63,248 nt of DNA, filler included, from Octopus bimaculoides (GCF_001194135.2; 4 parts of 4 records of this genome joined end to end with filler, not necessarily neighbours in it), one strand, 5' to 3'; counted from the first letter of the whole stretch, positions 1-10,052 are shown. Translations and numbers: made by a program. Notes: generated by a model from the sequence alone, not told the origin.

Positions 1-67
1 CACCACCACCACCACCTACTACTACTACTACTACCACCACCACCACCACCACCACTACCACCACCAC

Positions 68-104
<37 letters not shown>

Positions 105-324
105 AAGAACGATACGAAAACGACCACTACTAACATTACTATCACCACTACCACCATAACACCACCACCAACCACCACTGCCAACAACAACAACAACAAC
201 ATTAATAACAACTATCACTGCCGGGACCAAAACCACCACCACCACCACCACCACCACAGTCTTCCTCGTCGTCATCGTCATCGTCATCATCATCGTCATC
301 ATCATCATCATCATCATCATCATC

Positions 325-373
<49 letters not shown>

Positions 374-768
374 NNNNNNNNNNNNNNNNNNNNNNNNNNN
401 NNNNNNNNNNNNNNNNNNNNNNNNNNNNNNNNNNNNNNNNNNNNNNNNNNNNNNNNNNNNNNNNNNNNNNNNNNNNNNNNNNNNNNNNNNNNNNNNNNNN
501 NNNNNNNNNNNNNNNNNNNNNNNNNNNNNNNNNNNNNNNNNNNNNNNNNNNNNNNNNNNNNNNNNNNNNNNNNNNNNNNNNNNNNNNNNNNNNNNNNNNN
601 NNNNNNNNNNNNNNNNNNNNNNNNNNNNNNNNNNNNNNNNNNNNNNNNNNNNNNNNNNNNNNNNNNNNNNNNNNNNNNNNNNNNNNNNNNNNNNNNNNNN
701 NNNNNNNNNNNNNNNNNNNNNNNNNNNNNNNNNNNNNNNTACTACTTCTACTACAACTACTACTACTA

Positions 769-801
<33 letters not shown>

Positions 802-873
802 TTACTACTACAACAACTGCTATTGCTGCTGTTACTACCACTATTAATACCACCACCACTACCACCACCACCG

Positions 874-931
<58 letters not shown>

Positions 932-945
932 TACTACTACTACTA
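1..945. repeat. Compound trinucleotide microsatellite (CAC/TAC/CAA/CAT/GCT) split by a gap
   Basis: Direct reading. Confidence 0.95.
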
Positions 946-1039
946 CATACTGTGTGTCGCTAATCAGATTCTTGAGTTTATAACTGTGTTTAGTCTTAGT
1001 GTTGTTGTTGCTGTTGTTGTTTTAGCGAATCGGTTCAGT

Positions 1040-1152
1040 GGTTTGTGCATCGGTAAGACTCTGATGCAATTTTTGTCCCGACTCTCTGAGTTCAAATACC
1101 ATCGACATCAACACTACCTTTGAACCTTTTAAAGTCGATAAGTAAAGCACCA
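1040..1152 (+). mobile_element. Highly decayed tRNA-SINE fragment (family A-like)
   Basis: CTGAGTTCAAATACC...CCTTTTAAAGTCGATAAGTAAAGCACCAG resembles the conserved central block of the better copies at 4430 and 7619. Confidence 0.5.
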
Positions 1153-1519
1153 GAATCATACAGGGATCATTTCTGCCTTTAAACCCCTTTTTTTCGCGCC
1201 ATTTCCCATCCCTCCCTCCCTCTCTCTTTTTCTCTCTCTCTGGTCTGCATGTGACTCAAAAAGTCGAAGGTTCTCACGCGCTGTGTGTCGTACTAATTCT
1301 TCCTGGGAATTAGCGGTAACCCTGTCTTAGGAATACCCAGCCAATTCCAAAATGATTTCAGGAGCAGCAATTCAGTTCGTCAAATGAATGAATACACGCC
1401 GCCGAAACCGACGGAGAACCCAACATTTTTNNNNNNNNNNNNNNNNNNNNNNNNNNNNNNNNNNNNNNNNNNNNNNNNNNNNNNNNNNNNNNNNNNNNNN
1501 NNNNNNNNNNNNNNNNNNN

Positions 1520-1565
<46 letters not shown>

Positions 1566-1789
1566 GAGGAGGAGGAGGAGGAGGAGGAGGAGGAGGAAGG
1601 GAATCGAAACTGCTCCTTCTAGTAGACATATTATCATAGACGTTTCAGCCATGAGCATCCCTCCTTTTTAAAAATGGTAGTGACATAATTGGAAAGAGAA
1701 TTTTGTCACTATTTGAAACGGGACAAATGACCTTCATTGTCAGTCTTGTTTCTGTAGATCCATCATTAAGACATCCCAACTCTGACAAT

Positions 1790-1930
1790 CCATTATTTAC
1801 ATTTGACGGATATTTGTCCTCGTCTTGTTTGTTGTTAACACAACGTTTCAGCTGATATACCCTCCAGCTTTCGTCAGGTGTCTTGGAGAAATTTCGAACC
1901 TGGGTGTCTCATTCCTAAGGTACTTTTCGA

Positions 1931-2004
<74 letters not shown>

Positions 2005-2067
2005 TCACTGCCTGAAATCGAACTCAGAATCTTGGGGTTAGTAGCCCACGCTCTTAACCACTATGCC
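1790..2067 (-). mobile_element. tRNA-derived SINE with internal (AAT)n tract and hammerhead-ribozyme-bearing 3' body
   Basis: Minus strand reads GGCATAGTGGTTAAGAGCG (box A), CTACTAA loop, GAGTTCGATTTC (box B), (AAT)n, then CTTAGGAATGAG...GACAC CTGACGA A AGCTG GAGGGTATAT CAGCT GAAA CG TT GTGTT...CCGTCAAATGTAAATAATG. The body is repeated in inverted form at 2107-2256. Confidence 0.8.
1837..1882 (-). ncRNA. Minimal type-I hammerhead ribozyme (Penelope-like-element class)
   Basis: Stem I GACAC/GUGUU; core CUGACGA (1877-1871); one extra A; stem II AGCUG/CAGCU with a 10-nt loop; GAAA (1849-1846); palindromic ACGU in place of stem III; predicted cleavage after GUU (position 1842). Confidence 0.72.
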
Positions 2068-2106
2068 TCTTTCTCTTCCCCCCTCTTCTTCTTCTTCTTC
2101 TTCTTC

Positions 2107-2256
2107 TTAGGAATGAGAACCCAGGTTCGAAATTTCCCCAAGACACTTGACGAAACGTTATGCTAACAGCAAACAAGATGAGGACAAATATCCGTCAAAT
2201 GTAAATAATGTAAATAATGTACATAATTCCTCATCTCTTAAATATAGAACTGTATT
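2107..2256 (+). mobile_element. Headless inverted copy of the hammerhead-SINE body with the ribozyme destroyed
   Basis: Reverse complement of about 1790-1920, but reads GACAC TTGACGA AACGTT (C3>T and stem II deleted). Tail has GTAAATAAT repeats. Confidence 0.8.
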
Positions 2257-2283
2257 ACCTGACAATCCAGTCTTTTTATGCAA

Positions 2284-2620
2284 AATACACAAAATCCAGA
2301 AGCACATTATCTTTTTTAAGACAGTGGAGTATGATTTGAGGAAGATTTGGTTGCTATTTCTAGCACGTCAGCGTTTTCCTGTAGATCCATGATCGATACA
2401 GCGCAATTGTGACTATCCAGTCTTTTCTCTAAATCCAGAAAACTCAGGAATCCATTATCTTATTTAAGACCGTAGAGTGTTGATTTGCGGGAGATTTGGC
2501 TGCTGTATCTAACACGCCACTCTCGTTTCTGTCGATCCACCATGAAAGACATTCCAAACCATGACTATCCAGGTTGTGATTTGAAGGAAATTCGGCTGCT
2601 ATTTCTAGCACATCTACCAA
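2284..2620 (+). repeat. About 2.5 degenerate tandem copies of a 130-150-bp unit
   Basis: ATCCAG...TGATTTG(A/C)(G/A)G...GG(C/T)TGCT(A/G)T(T/A)TCTA(G/A)CAC recurs at about 2284, 2415 and 2565. A related GCTATTTCTAGC motif occurs at about 29708, and in reverse at about 41900. Confidence 0.6.
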
Positions 2621-3029
2621 ACCCTCATACAGAGTTGCCCTCATTGGCTCATGTAAGGAGTGCATTAGGGAGTACTGAGGCGTGTGTAGGCGTGAGTTTA
2701 CGAGGGTCTTTCTGAGTGAGTGATTCCCGAGTGAATGGTGGCTTTCTGCACCAATGAATCGAGAGAAGTTTTGATCATTAAGCGGAATTTTATTCAAAGA
2801 AAGGTTGCAATGGGTTTATGAGAGACGCAGGGTGGATCTTCGTGAATGCTCCGTTGGGTTCAGTGAAAGGAACCCAGCTCTGGTGGACTATGTTTGGGAA
2901 TACCTGTGAAAAGCTGGATTATTAATAAAGGCTTAATAGAAAATTATTAATTGTTTTCGAAAAGCTTCATGTTAATGAATTTGCTTAATGTAGATTTTGT
3001 GTTTTCGCTTTTCAAAGTGTACTGTTCGG

Positions 3030-3147
3030 TCGTACACACGCATGCGCGCGCATACATACATGCATACGTACATGCATACATACATACATGCATACATACA
3101 TACATACATATATACATACATACATAAATACATACATACATAAATAT

Positions 3148-3178
<31 letters not shown>

Positions 3179-3397
3179 CATACATACATAAATACATACA
3201 TACATAAATACATACATATATACATATACATATATACATACATATATACACACATGCATACATGCGCGAACATTCACACACACACACACAGTCACACACT
3301 TGCGTACGCGCATACACCCATTCACATTCATACTCAGTCACATGCGCACACATAAACACACTCACATATTCACGCGTACACACTCAAGCACGCACAA

Positions 3398-3430
<33 letters not shown>

Positions 3431-3660
3431 CGCGCACATACACATATTGTCTCGTACTCACACACATGCGCAATCACTCGCACACATACGCAACCACACG
3501 CATATACACACTCACATACATATACACACATATATATGCACCCACATACACGCACGTACGTACACGCACACACATATACACATTCACTAACACACGCATA
3601 CGCACTCACCCTCATTCTCATAAACATACCACCCATGCTCATATACACGCAGCCGTGTTT
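3030..3660. repeat. Compound (TACA)n/(CA)n/(TA)n microsatellite; representative of dozens of similar di-, tri- and tetranucleotide tracts throughout the window
   Basis: Direct reading. Similar tracts at about 10320-11250, 12880-13130, 18960-19150, 30570-30780, 33120-33660, 45580-46600, 47300-48450 and 53640-54060. Confidence 0.95.
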
Positions 3661-3968
3661 AAATATATTCAGAGGATGAAGGCTCGCCCCTTCCATGACA
3701 TTGTTCTAGAATAACCGGGATTGGTGTAGGGTGGAGAGGGGGAAGGGAAACTCAGATTTGGTCCAAAAGTTACCACTAAATACGCCCTACTAAACGCATC
3801 AAATGGTGTTAAACTGTGCCACTAAGTTCTTCACTCAACAATAAGTATCATATTTCCAACAGGATTCCGTACAGTTTCTATCTACTTAATTTCACTTGTA
3901 AGTCCCGGTTCTAATTGACTGCGTTGCTAACTTCTTAACACAACTGCATGTACGCCCCCACACAAGTG

Positions 3969-4035
<67 letters not shown>

Positions 4036-4429
4036 ACACACGAATATATATGCCTAAACTCACATATAGAGATGCAGGCATATATACAGTCATACGTCCA
4101 AAGGTAGCTGGACTAAGCTACTGAGAGAAAAACTTGAAGGAAAATCACTGATCGTTCCAGCAGAAAATTATGCATAACTGCAATTCCTGTAAGCTGGAGA
4201 ACATCAAGAAGATTAACGGTAATAGTCACCTCCCATGGACCTGAGATAGATACATCACGTCACACCTAGAAAATATGTTTTCGCTATCCAGAACCAGGAG
4301 ATTGCTACTTTATATCTGATTAACAAGACAGAGCGGATGCTTTTAAACCCCCACATTGTGAGAATAAATCTCGTTTGTGCCATATCGGCGTGAAAGATGT
4401 CACCCATATCATCAGAAACTGTCCCCTAA

Positions 4430-4663
4430 AAAGGCGGCGAGCTGGCAGAAACGTTAGCGCGCCGGGCGAAATGCTTAGCAGTATTTCGTCTGCCGTTACG
4501 TTCTGAGTCCAAATTCCGCCGTGGTCGACTTTGGCTTTCATCCTTTCAGAGTCGATTAAATAAGTACTAGTTATGCACTGGGATCGATGTAATCGACTTA
4601 ATCCCATTGTCTGTCCTTGTTTGTCCCCTCTATGTTTAGCCTCTTGTGGGCAGTAAAGAAATA
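4430..4663 (+). mobile_element. tRNA-derived SINE family A (tail type 1)
   Basis: GGCGGCGAGCTGGCAGAAACGTTAGC head, GAGTCCAAATTCC box-B-like motif, central TTTCATCCTTTC..GTCGAT..TAAGTAC block. 16-bp TSD AGAAACTGTCCCCTAA (4414-4429) / AGAAACTGTTCCATAA (4664-4679). Confidence 0.9.
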
Positions 4664-4666
4664 AGA

Positions 4667-4749
4667 AACTGTTCCATAATGTTCGCAGTGGTCCCCAAAT
4701 GTTCGCAACTGCCCCTCCCAAACGTTCGCAAGTGTCCCCAAATGTTCGC
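4667..4749 (+). repeat. Four copies of a 20-22-bp minisatellite (AACTGTCCCCAAATGTTCGC-like)
   Basis: Direct reading; the unit begins within the right-hand SINE TSD. Confidence 0.85.
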
Positions 4750-5114
4750 AAAAGTCTCTGAATGTCCATGACTGCCTGTCTTACAACGACATGTTATTAA
4801 TGCTAAGAGATAGTAACTATTCTACTCGCAAAAAGTTTCGTACCTGATGGTCGTACCAAACACCAGAATGCATCCAAAGAATACAGGTAGATCATTCAAA
4901 CAGAAACAGCAGTCCTGTACAAATACAAGAGATATAATATTGTTGTATGGGACAGGGAGGAAAACCATGCACTATTGTACAGTTCAGAGCTCCAGCAGAG
5001 GTAAATGTCTCGCCTGAATTTATAGGAAAACCTGGTAAATGAATAGGGAACTTACAGCTGTTCTATCCAGTCCATAGGTTCTCATTTGGGTCTATTGTCA
5101 TAGGCGCACTGCGT

Positions 5115-5321
5115 TACGAAGGGCTGCGAAAAGTTCTTGGCTTTGAGTAAAAGAAAATACAGGAGGATAAGTTAATTATGATTTTATTCAACATATTCCC
5201 CTCCCACATTCAGTGGTCCTTCAGTTTTTCTAAATCCTGTAAAAGAACTTGGAAGGTTGGGCCTCCAACCAGGCCTTTCACGATACTCTTAAAGCCGGCA
5301 ACTTTTCAGCACCCCCTCATA
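5115..5321. mobile_element. Mariner-type MITE (207 bp including TA TSDs)
   Basis: Left TA-CGAAGGGCTGCGAAAAGTTCTTGGCTTT; right end reverse-complemented TA-TGAGGGGGTGCTGAAAAGTTGCCGGCTTT. The LINE reading frame resumes after it. Confidence 0.85.
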
Positions 5322-5610
5322 TGTATGCAGGAAATTTTGGGTTTTCCAAGAAAGAATAAAGCAATCTCGTTCACATTCTACAAATCTAATTCATCAGTGG
5401 CACGGTGAATATCTGTAAAACATTGTAAGAATTTTCCATTTGTGTTTCCTGGGAATAAACATATACACACATGATTGTGTGAATATGGCAAACATATTCA
5501 TATATCAACAGTAACCATACACACTCGTGTACTATAGAGACATATATACACAGTACATAAGCCGAGATATATCCCTACATGAAAAATTAAGGTTCCTACC
5601 TGAGTAATAG

Positions 5611-5804
5611 AACCGGTTTCCATGGCGTATATATTCCTCACCCTGGTCCGTCGCAGGATTATTCATTGCTTCCAGCTGAATAGACTGGAGCAGCGAGAAA
5701 TGAAGTGTTTTACTCAAGAATACAAGTCACACATTCTAGGAATCGAAACCACAGTCTTCTGATCATGAGTCCAACACTCTAACCACTAAGCCACGCGCCC
5801 CCAC
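5611..5804 (-). mobile_element. tRNA-derived SINE (family E)
   Basis: Minus strand GTGGGGGCGCGTGGCTTAGTGGTTAGAGTGTTGGACTC...GGTTTCGATTCC; homologous to 15225-15330 and 43070-43304. Confidence 0.85.
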
Positions 5805-5905
5805 TGTCCATACACCTATATAAATACGTGTGTGTGCGTGCGTGCCTGTGCGTGTATATGTGTGTTTGTTTATGTGTGAGTGTATATGTGTGTGCGTGCG
5901 TGTGT

Positions 5906-5958
<53 letters not shown>

Positions 5959-6099
5959 CTTTAACTTCGTTACATATTCACAGATCCATAGGGCTGGCAT
6001 ACTTTTGCTAACCAGTTCGAAGAAATAGCAACAAGATACATACGTTCTACCTTCAAAAAAAGTGTTACACACTTTTAGGTACGACAACCGGTATAGAAT

Positions 6100-6628
6100 C
6101 TTCTTCTTTTAGTCAGGTGTCGCACTATGCGATGCTGTGGTCATCACGATGTCCTGCCACCTTCTCCTGTCCTCTACCCCATGGACAGCTGAGAATAAAG
6201 ACAATCCTGTGGCTGCGATGTCCTTCAGCCAAGAAGTGAGTGGTCTGCCTCTTTTACGTCTGNNNNNNNNNNAGCCAAGAAGTGAGTGGTCTGCCTCTTT
6301 TACGTCTGCCGTTCACCTTGCCAGTTATGATCGTTCGCTCAAGTCCATCCCGGCGCATGACGTGGCCAAAGAACCGTAGCTACCGCTTCATGATGTTTCG
6401 CCGAAGCGTCATCTCGCAATCGAGCTTTTCGAGTACCCAGTTGTTCGTCCTTCTCTCCGTCCACGACACTCTAAGGATTCTGCGGTAACACCACATTTCA
6501 AAAGCGTTCACTCTTTTCTCGTCTGCCTTCAACATTGTCCACGACTCGCAGCTGTACGTCGCAGTAGAGAAAGCGGTAGCCCAAAGTAGCCTTATCTTCA
6601 GCAGCATTGACACGCCACGACTCTTCCA
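6100..6628 (-). mobile_element. 5'-truncated RTE-clade LINE (C-terminal RT region and 3' end)
   Basis: WKSRGVSMLLKIRLLWATAFSTATYSCESWTMLKADEKRVNAFEMWCYRRILRVSWTERRTN...KR*LRFFGHVMRRDGLERTIITGKVNGRRKRGRP is the typical RTE C-terminus. Tail AAGAAGAAG; perfect 10-bp TSD GGTATAGAAT at 6090-6099 and 6629-6638. Confidence 0.93.
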
Positions 6629-7203
6629 GGTATAGAATAAATCCTGACAGTACTACCTACATTATAAGCTACAGGATAAGAATGCCATAACGATGCCATC
6701 TACCTCTTAGATATACCATCGAGGTCAAAACATTATACAATGCAATTCATTGAAAGGAGAGGTGAGAAAATAAGAATATAACAACGTACATAATCACTCA
6801 TAGTAAGAAGGAATATTGAAGAAGTGTTTTTTTGCTAAGACCTCAGTAAACTGTAGACATAATAGATCAAACATAATGATCTGAGAACGAAGAAAGAAAG
6901 TGTATACAATAGTGGAATCAGTTACCAGTAGTTGTTAACAGTATGTTATAAATTACGGGAAAAAAATGTATTTAGGCTGAACTAATGAGAAATTTGCTAA
7001 CACACTGACCTGACCATAAAACTTTAAATTTATATCAGTAATTATTGGGACACATGGATATACGAGTAATTGTCTCGCAAAAACCAGAAGGGATATGGTG
7101 ACTCAGGAAATTATAGCTATAAATCATGAAAAGGGCAGTGAAAACGTGCAAAGACATTAGCGTATAGTAAGTGCATATAGTTAGGAGCAGACATGCATAC
7201 AAG

Positions 7204-7256
<53 letters not shown>

Positions 7257-7618
7257 TTTAAAAATAACGTCGACCGCTAACGTGGACAATTAATGCGCTA
7301 GAAATAGATCACATTTTGTGTCTATTAAGACCTAAAAAGTTCTCAACACGAAATATAGCAGCATACCAAAAACGTGAGCGAGTCCCCTGAAATTGCAGAT
7401 AATATTTCTGAATCTCTTTGATTCTTTAAATGTGCTGGCCCCCTGATAATTAATCGATATTAATTAATATATTAATATATGACTAATTACCAGATCTTAT
7501 AATAATATCTATCTATATATATATATATCTCAACATACATACCCATTCCTGCAATAACATGCATGTTGGGACACATACGTATGCTAATATTTACATGCTT
7601 TAATATTACTCACCTCCA

Positions 7619-8048
7619 AAGCGGCGAGCTGGCAGAAACGTTAGCACGCTGGACGAAATACTTAGCGGTATTTCGTCAGTCTTTACGTTCTGAGTTCAAA
7701 TTCCGACGAGGTCGACTTTGCCTTTTCATCCTTTCGGAGTCGATAAATTAAGTACCAGTTGCGCACTGGGTCGATATAATCGACTTAATCCGTTTGTCTG
7801 TCCTTGTTTGTCCCCTCTATGTTTAGCCCCTTGTGGGCAATAAAGAAATAAGAATAGTTAGCACACCGGGCGAAATACTTAGCGGTATTTCGTCTGTCTT
7901 TACGTTCTGAGTTCAAATTCCGCCGAGGTCGACTTTGCCTTTCATTTTTTTGAGGTCGATAAATTATATACCAGTTGCGTACTGAGGTCGATCTCATCTA
8001 CTGGCCCCCTCCCTCAAAATTTCGGGCCTTGTGCCTTGAGTAGAAAAG
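7619..8048 (+). mobile_element. Dimeric SINE family A (full monomer with tail 1 plus 5'-trimmed monomer with tail 2)
   Basis: Two head/core units in tandem (about 7619-7852 and 7853-8048), flanked by one 17-bp TSD AATATTACTCACCTCCA (7602-7618) / AATATTACTCATCTCCA (8049-8065). Confidence 0.88.
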
Positions 8049-8380
8049 AATATTACTCATCTCCAGTTTCTATATCCAGATTATAAATTCACATTTATAT
8101 CAATAATAATTAATGTACTTGGTAGACGGAAAGTGACAATCTGGAAACGCTGGGGTTTTCAGAAAAAGAAATCAACACGCTAAAAAGCACGTTACAAAGA
8201 CAATCTGTAAGCGGAACCGTAACAATATGTAAAACATTTTTCAAGTTCAACACGTGATACTTTTGTTGTCTACATTCCAATCTTGGAGCTTTGTATCTTT
8301 GTTAGAAGCCAACTTCTTCCTTGTAGGAAAGCTTCGAACAATGAAAAAATCGAAGTGAACATATATACATATATACTCAG

Positions 8381-8545
8381 GGGCAGGCATGGCTGTGTGG
8401 TAAGAAGTTTGCTTTTCAGCCACATGGTTCCGGGTTCAGTCTCACTAGGCGGTACTTTGGGCAGGTGTCTTTTACTATAGCTTCGGGCCGACCATAACCT
8501 TGTGAGTGGATTTGTTAGACGGAAACTGAAAGAATCCCGTCGTAT
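8381..8545 (+). mobile_element. tRNA-derived SINE family B 5' half
   Basis: GGCATGGCTGTGTGGTAAGAAG...GGGTTCAGTC...GTGAGTGGATTT..TAGACGGAAACTGAAAGAA; homologous to 30790-30952. Confidence 0.88.
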
Positions 8546-8564
8546 ATGTGTATGTATATATATA

Positions 8565-9757
8565 CAGTATCTCACAGAAGTATGTACACCCCTAAAAAAT
8601 TTCAGTAAAATTGTCATTACACTAATAATATCGAAGGAAATCAAACGAAATTTATACTGAATAAAATATATTATACATGCAAATATTATACAAATTTGGA
8701 ACACAAAACAATAAACATTTTCAAAGATATGAACGAAATAGTAATTTTTAAACGAGACAAAAATATGTACACCTTAAAAGATTATTTGCTATATTCAATA
8801 TTTGGTGTGACCACCATTGCTTTCAATGACTGCATTATGTTTTCTGGGCATAGAGTCAACTAAATTTTCGCTTATAACCGATGAAATCGAACCCCCATTA
8901 CATTGCGTTACATTGCGGGATTTTTCTCCTCAACCTTCCTTTTCAAAACACCACACAGATGTTCTGCTGTGTTTAAATCAAGTGACATGGTAGACCAAGA
9001 CAACACCTTTACCTTTTTATTTGATAAAAACTTAGTCGTCATCTTTGAAGTGTGTTTAGGGTCATTATCATATTGGAACATGGAATGTCTTCTCAGTTCC
9101 TTGATGCTTTTTAACATTGTTTTCTGCAATATGTCACAATAAAGCCTTGAGTCCATTGTTCTCTCAATAAATGTGAGTCCTCCCACACCAGCTGCACTCA
9201 TGCATCCCCAAAGGTTAATACTTCCGCCGCCGTGTTTCACAGTAGGTACGGTGCATTTGTTGCTATTATCTTCACCTGGTCGTCACCATACGCGTTTAAC
9301 ATCATCTGACCCAAACAAGTTGATTTTAGTCTCGCCAGAAAAAAGAATTTTATTTCAAAACTCCTTCCCCTTACTCACATAGGTTTCGGCAAAAGAAAGA
9401 CGACTTGATTTATGTCTGATAGTGAGGAGAGGCTTCCTACGAAAGATGCATCCATGAAGACCACACTAGTTCAAACTTCGGCGAACTGTTTGGGCGGATA
9501 CACTCTTTCCCCTAACAGAAGACACTTCTTGGGCCAAATACGAAGCGGTACGACGCCTGTCGTCCATAACGCAACGTTGGATGTGGCGAATATCACGCGC
9601 AGTTAAAATAGAAGAACGACCTGGACGATGTTTATTGCTTAGCTGTCCAATTAGCTTTGTACTTCTTAATTATTTTGGCAATGGTGTTTACGCCAGTATG
9701 TATTCATTTGCTAATTAACTTGTATCCTAAACCATTCTTGCACAAATTAAAAATAAC
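8565..9757 (-). mobile_element. Tc1-family (DD34E) DNA transposon, 5'-truncated, decayed
   Basis: TA|CAGTATCTCACAGAAGTATGTACACCCC terminal repeat with an inner repeat AAAATATGTACACC at about 8760 (IR/DR type). Contains the transposase pseudogene described separately. Confidence 0.9.
8795..9755 (-). pseudogene. Tc1 transposase pseudogene
   Basis: HTH region GLGYKLISK*IH...RPGRSSILTARDIR, VSAQTVRRSL, FRRKPLL, FSGETKINLFGSD (first catalytic D>G), VKHGGGSINLWGCM, FQYDNDPKH-34 residues-E, and C-terminus LVDSMPRKHNAVIESNGGHTKY*. Several stops and frameshifts. Confidence 0.92.
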
Positions 9758-9794
9758 TTTATATATATATAAATAACTTTATATATATATAAAT

Positions 9795-10014
9795 ATATTC
9801 TTTTATTCTTTTACTTGTTTCAGTCATTTGACTCCGGTCATACTGGAGCACCGACTTAAAGGGCGTTAGTTGGCGAAATCGACCCCAGAAATTATTCTTT
9901 GTAAGCCTAGTACTTATTCTATCCGTATCTTTTGCCGGACCGCTAAGTTACGGGGACATAAACACATCAGCATCGATTGTCAAGCGATGGCGGGAGCGAC
10001 AAACATAGACACAC

Positions 10015-10020
<6 letters not shown>
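9795..10020 (-). mobile_element. SINE family C segment (3' half ending in AAAAGAATAAAAGAATA)
   Basis: Homologous to 60720-60960; contains the GATAGAATAAGTACTAG...TGGGGTCGAT block. Confidence 0.8.

Positions 10021-10052
<32 letters not shown>

Larger units (their letters stand above)
4130..5430 (+). mobile_element. Decayed R4/Dong-like non-LTR retrotransposon 3' region (post-RT, CCHC knuckle, restriction-like endonuclease), interrupted by a SINE and a MITE
   Basis: Frameshifted translation gives W(T)*DRYITSHLE, YVFAIQNQEIATLYLINK, CENKSRLCHIGVKDVTHIIRNCP (degenerate CCHC), NIVVWDREE, IVQFRAPAEVNV, NLQLFYPVHRFSFGSIVIGAL and, after the MITE, GFSKKE*SNLVHILQI*FISGTVNICKTL*. Confidence 0.8.

Noticed and set aside
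6227-6308. 36-bp direct repeat flanking a 10-N gap in the RTE element
   Set aside because: Typical unmerged contig overlap; the RTE frame is continuous when one copy is removed.
7655-7682. CTGACGA on the minus strand inside a SINE hairpin
   Set aside because: No GAAA or cleavage triplet follows; it is a point variant of the family A hairpin.
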